This document shows positions 25,593-28,219 of a DNA stretch of 28,219 bases, piece by piece. The stretch is from an uncultured Oscillospiraceae bacterium (GTDB taxonomy: Bacteria; Bacillota; Clostridia; Oscillospirales; Oscillospiraceae): positions 1 through 28,219 of the forward strand of contig CAYPZF010000002.1 in assembly GCA_964415275.1 (NCBI GenBank), given 5' to 3'. Position numbers and translations under genes: made by a program. Position 1 is the stretch's first letter; each line of letters opens with the position of its first letter. The notes beneath the pieces were generated by a model, which did not search any database, had not been told where the DNA came from, and worked only from the letters and a program-made list of their open reading frames with translations.

Positions 25593-26498
25593 TCAGCTCA
25601 GGAACATATTCACATCCTCCACGGTGAGGCCGGTCTGGAGGGCCAGGTTGATGCCGTAGCCGATGACCTTGGCCAGATCGGCGACCTGGCTGTCGATCTC
25701 CCGGGGGGTGACCATGAGCCCCTCGGTCACGCCGGCCAGGGCCTCAGGCTCCAGCTCGCTCTGGCCGGCCTCCGCCAGGATGTCGGCGCACAGCGTGCCC
25801 GCGTCCACCACGGTGGGCACCCCCACCGCCACCACGGGAACACCCAGCGTCTCCCGGTTGAGCGCGGCCCGGGCGTTGCCCACGCCGGAGCCGGGGACGA
25901 TGCCGGTGTCGGCCAGCTGGATGGTGCGGCAAACCCGGCTCAGGCTTCGGGAGGCCAGGGCGTCCACGGCGATGACGCAGGCGGGCTGAATCCTCCCGCT
26001 CACCGCCCGGACCAGCTCACCGCTCTCCACCCCCGTGGCGCCCAGCACCCCGGCGGCCAGGACGGCCACCGGCCGGAAGAGGCCGAACTGCTCCGGCATC
26101 CGCTCCACCAGGTGCCGGGTGACCATGGTGTGCTCGGCGGCCTTGGGGCCGATGGCGTCGGGCGTGATGGCCCGGTTTCCGAGGCCCACCACCAGCGCGG
26201 GGGCCCCCGCGGGCAGCGCCAGCAGGGTCAGCAGCTCTCCCGCCAGGGCGCTCACCGCCCGGGAAAACGCGCCCTCCTCCCGCCGGGCCAGCCCGTCCAG
26301 CGTGATGGTGATATAGTTGCCCACCGGCTTGCCCAGGGCCTCGGCGCCCGTCTGGTCCAAAATACGCACGGTGGTGACGGGAAACCCCTCCCGCTCACTG
26401 TCCGACGCCTCCACGCCGCTCAGTCTGGTCTGCACCCTGGCGCTCTGCTCCCAAATCTCTTTGGCCTCCGCCGCCAGGTCTGTTCTGCGTTTTAACAT
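25593..26498 (-). CDS. gpr: Spore germination protease (GPR endopeptidase)
   Basis: RTDLA.E, GLGN..ITPDAIGP, VDALASR, DTGI.PGSGVGN.R, GVPTVVDA and LMVTPREID. Divergent from rpsT as in Bacillus. Start at ATG 26498 after GAGGAG. Confidence 0.95.
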   Translation of the reverse strand: MLKRRTDLAAEAKEIWEQSARVQTRLSGVEASDSEREGFPVTTVRILDQTGAEALGKPVGNYITITLDGLARREEGAFSRAVSALAGELLTLLALPAGAPALVVGLGNRAITPDAIGPKAAEHTMVTRHLVERMPEQFGLFRPVAVLAAGVLGATGVESGELVRAVSGRIQPACVIAVDALASRSLSRVCRTIQLADTGIVPGSGVGNARAALNRETLGVPVVAVGVPTVVDAGTLCADILAEAGQSELEPEALAGVTEGLMVTPREIDSQVADLAKVIGYGINLALQTGLTVEDVNMFLS

Positions 26499-26565
26499 GG
26501 TGTTCTCCTCTCTTCCCGGCATCGCCGCATCAAAAGATGCAATGCCCGGCGCGATTTCTTCCCCC

Positions 26566-26594
26566 TATTTTTTGCGATGCGCGCTCCAGTATAC
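26566..26594 (-). promoter_or_regulatory. Possible forespore sigma-F/G-type promoter for gpr
   Basis: GTATA (26594-26590), 14 nt spacer, GCAAAAAATA, compared with the B. subtilis sigma-F consensus GYATA-N15-GGnnAnAHTR. There is one mismatch and the spacer is 1 nt short. gpr is sigma-F/G-dependent in B. subtilis. Confidence 0.3.
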
Positions 26595-26622
26595 AAAAAA
26601 ATTGAAAAAGGCGAAAAAACAG

Positions 26623-26651
26623 TTGCATTTTCCCCGCCCAGGTGCTAAAAT
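26623..26651 (+). promoter_or_regulatory. Sigma-A promoter for rpsT
   Basis: TTGCAT (26623-26628), 17 nt spacer, TAAAAT (26646-26651), with an extended -10 TG. Confidence 0.65.
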
Positions 26652-26703
26652 ATAAATCTGCACGAGGGATTGTGCGCATTCATCATCGGGGGAGGTGTTT
26701 GGT

Positions 26704-26970
26704 TTGCCGAACATTAAATCTGCCAAAAAGCGCGTTCTGATCAACAAGGGCAAGGCCATGGAGAACAAGGCCGCCAAGTCCGCGCTTAAAACCCAGTTCA
26801 AAAAGTTTGACGCCGCGGTGGCTGAAGGCAACCGCAGCGAGGCCGATAGTGCGTACAGGGCTGCGGTGAAGTCCGTTGACAGAGCGGCTGCCCGTGGTCT
26901 TCTGCACAGGAATGCTGCCGCCCGCAAAAAAAGCGGCATGACTCTGAAGCTGAACAAGCTGGGGGATTAA
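26704..26970 (+). CDS. rpsT: 30S ribosomal protein S20
   Basis: MPNIKSAKKRV...N.A.KS.LKT..KKF...D.AA..G.LH.N.AARKKS. The TTG start at 26704 lies 7 nt after GGAGGT. Confidence 0.97.
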   Translation: MPNIKSAKKRVLINKGKAMENKAAKSALKTQFKKFDAAVAEGNRSEADSAYRAAVKSVDRAAARGLLHRNAAARKKSGMTLKLNKLGD

Positions 26971-26981
26971 GGTCCTTTCTG

Positions 26982-27013
26982 AAGAAACCGTCTGCTCCGG
27001 CAGGCGGTTTCTT
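26982..27013 (+). terminator. Intrinsic terminator after rpsT
   Basis: AAGAAACCGTCTGC-TCCG-GCAGGCGGTTTCTT: a 14-bp stem with one G-U pair that ends in a U-rich run. Confidence 0.75.
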
Positions 27014-27044
27014 ATACCACGGCTGAAAAAGGAGGGCGTTGCTT

Positions 27045-28219
27045 ATGGGTTTCCGGGAGCTGTCCTGGCGCGACCGCGGCCGCCTCTGGCTGAGGATGCT
27101 CATCCGGACCGCGCTGACTGCGGCTGTGCTGCTGCTGCTCTTTCTGGCCGGTCCCCCCCTGCTCTCCCTGTTTATGCCCTTTGTGCTGGCCCTGCTCTTT
27201 GCCTGGCTTCTGAACCCCATCATCCGTTTTTTGCAGAAGCGGGTGGGGGGCAGCCGCAAGGTGTTCTCCTTTGTGCTGGTCCTGTTCATTTTGGGCGGTG
27301 TGGGCGCCGTGCTCTTCGCCCTGGGGTACAGCATCGTGACCGAGCTGGTCCACCTGGCCAACAACTGGGGGGCCATTTGGGTCGAGCTGGAGCAGGTGGG
27401 CATCCAGTTCATGGGGCTGTTCAACGTGGTGCTGGAGCACATGCCCGGCGCCATCAGCGCCTGGATTCTGAGCCTGGCCGACCGCTTTCTGGACTGGCTC
27501 CAGACCGGACTGCCCGGCCTTCTGAGCCAGATCGCCTCCCAGGCCGGGAACGTGGCCATGGGGGTGCCCTCCTTTACGGTGGCTCTGGTGGTGTTTGTGG
27601 TGGGCGCCTATTTCATCAGCGCCGACTACCCCTACCTGCGGTGCATGACCGCCGAGTGTATGTCCCCCCAGATCCGGAGCTTCTTGAGCCGGGTCCGGCG
27701 GACGGCGGGGAGCGCGTTTGGCGGCTATGTGCGCGCCCAGCTCATCCTGTCGGCGGGGGTCTTTGTAATTCTGCTGGCCGGATTTCTCGTCACCCGGCAG
27801 CCTTACGCCGTGCTGCTGGCCCTGCTGCTTTCGGTGCTGGACTTTATCCCCATCGTGGGCGCGGGCACGGTGATGGTGCCCTGGGCCGCGGTGGCCCTCT
27901 TCACCCGGGACTACCGCTGGGCCGCCGTCCTGCTCATCACCTGGGGCGTCACCGCCCTCTTCCGCCGGGTGGGGGAGCCCAAGGTGCTGGGCAGCCAGAC
28001 CGGACTCTCCCCCATTCTCTCCCTGGTGAGCATCTATGTGGGCATGCGGCTGGCCGGTGTGCTGGGCATGGTGCTGGGCCCCATCCTCTGCCTGGTGGTC
28101 ATCAATGTCTGCAGAAGCGGCGTCTTTGACGGCCTTATGGCCGACCTGCGCCTGGCCGCCCGGGACACCGCCGCCCTCCTCCACAACCGGACCTTGTTCG
28201 ACGACGGGCCGGAAGAGCC
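27045..28219 (+). CDS. ytvI: AI-2E-family membrane protein, sporulation protein YtvI-like (runs off the window end)
   Basis: Missing from the ORF track because it has no stop in the window. ATG 27045 follows AGGAGG. Manual translation: MGFRELSWRDRGRLWLR...PFVLALLFAWLLNP...GGYVRAQL...DFIPIVGAG...EPKVLGSQTGLSPILSL...GMVLGP, which matches AI-2E/YtvI motifs. Confidence 0.85.
   Translation, partial: MGFRELSWRDRGRLWLRMLIRTALTAAVLLLLFLAGPPLLSLFMPFVLALLFAWLLNPIIRFLQKRVGGSRKVFSFVLVLFILGGVGAVLFALGYSIVTELVHLANNWGAIWVELEQVGIQFMGLFNVVLEHMPGAISAWILSLADRFLDWLQTGLPGLLSQIASQAGNVAMGVPSFTVALVVFVVGAYFISADYPYLRCMTAECMSPQIRSFLSRVRRTAGSAFGGYVRAQLILSAGVFVILLAGFLVTRQPYAVLLALLLSVLDFIPIVGAGTVMVPWAAVALFTRDYRWAAVLLITWGVTALFRRVGEPKVLGSQTGLSPILSLVSIYVGMRLAGVLGMVLGPILCLVVINVCRSGVFDGLMADLRLAARDTAALLHNRTLFDDGPEE

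Noticed and set aside
27012-28184. 390-aa - strand ORF and the 27377-28129 + strand ORF
   Set aside because: They are shadows of the ytvI-like gene, which has a strong RBS and AI-2E motifs and was missed by the track only because its stop is outside the window.
1-28219. CRISPR arrays, tRNA/rRNA genes, IS/transposase/integrase or phage genes, riboswitches
   Set aside because: The intergenic gaps are short (nearly all under about 200 nt), with no periodic repeats, cloverleaf or T-loop signatures, recombinase motifs or recognisable riboswitch cores seen by eye. An Infernal/tRNAscan run would confirm.

Overview
A GC-rich chromosomal window, mostly housekeeping genes, from an endospore-forming clostridial Firmicute. 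Oscillospiraceae-like is an inference from GC level and gene content (gpr, ytvI, rpsT-gpr synteny, single-chain GlyRS, Firmicute RecJ and Rel). I support 25 CDS. The + strand carries an HD hydrolase, aroK, a DEAD-box helicase, a metallophosphoesterase, mnmG-mnmA, rpsT and a ytvI-like gene that runs off the end. The - strand carries a partial YtaF/MntP-like gene, a LysE exporter and a long run: gpr, glyQS, an LTA-synthase-like enzyme, recJ, rel, a cell-wall module, an M16 peptidase, a tandem-OB SSB, a PMT-like glycosyltransferase, a PHP phosphatase and rpiB. I found no rRNA, tRNA, CRISPR array or mobile element. The standout is a four-gene module directly after rel (17714-13181, - strand): a 65-aa unknown ORF, an Asl-type ATP-grasp D-aspartate ligase, an aspartate racemase, and a MurE-type ligase fused in frame to an acetylglutamate kinase (ArgB) domain. 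The MurE lacks the DNPR meso-DAP motif. By inference this module builds non-DAP (L-Orn or L-Lys)-D-Asp peptidoglycan and links stem-peptide synthesis to ornithine biosynthesis. All family assignments come from motifs read by eye; no database search was run.
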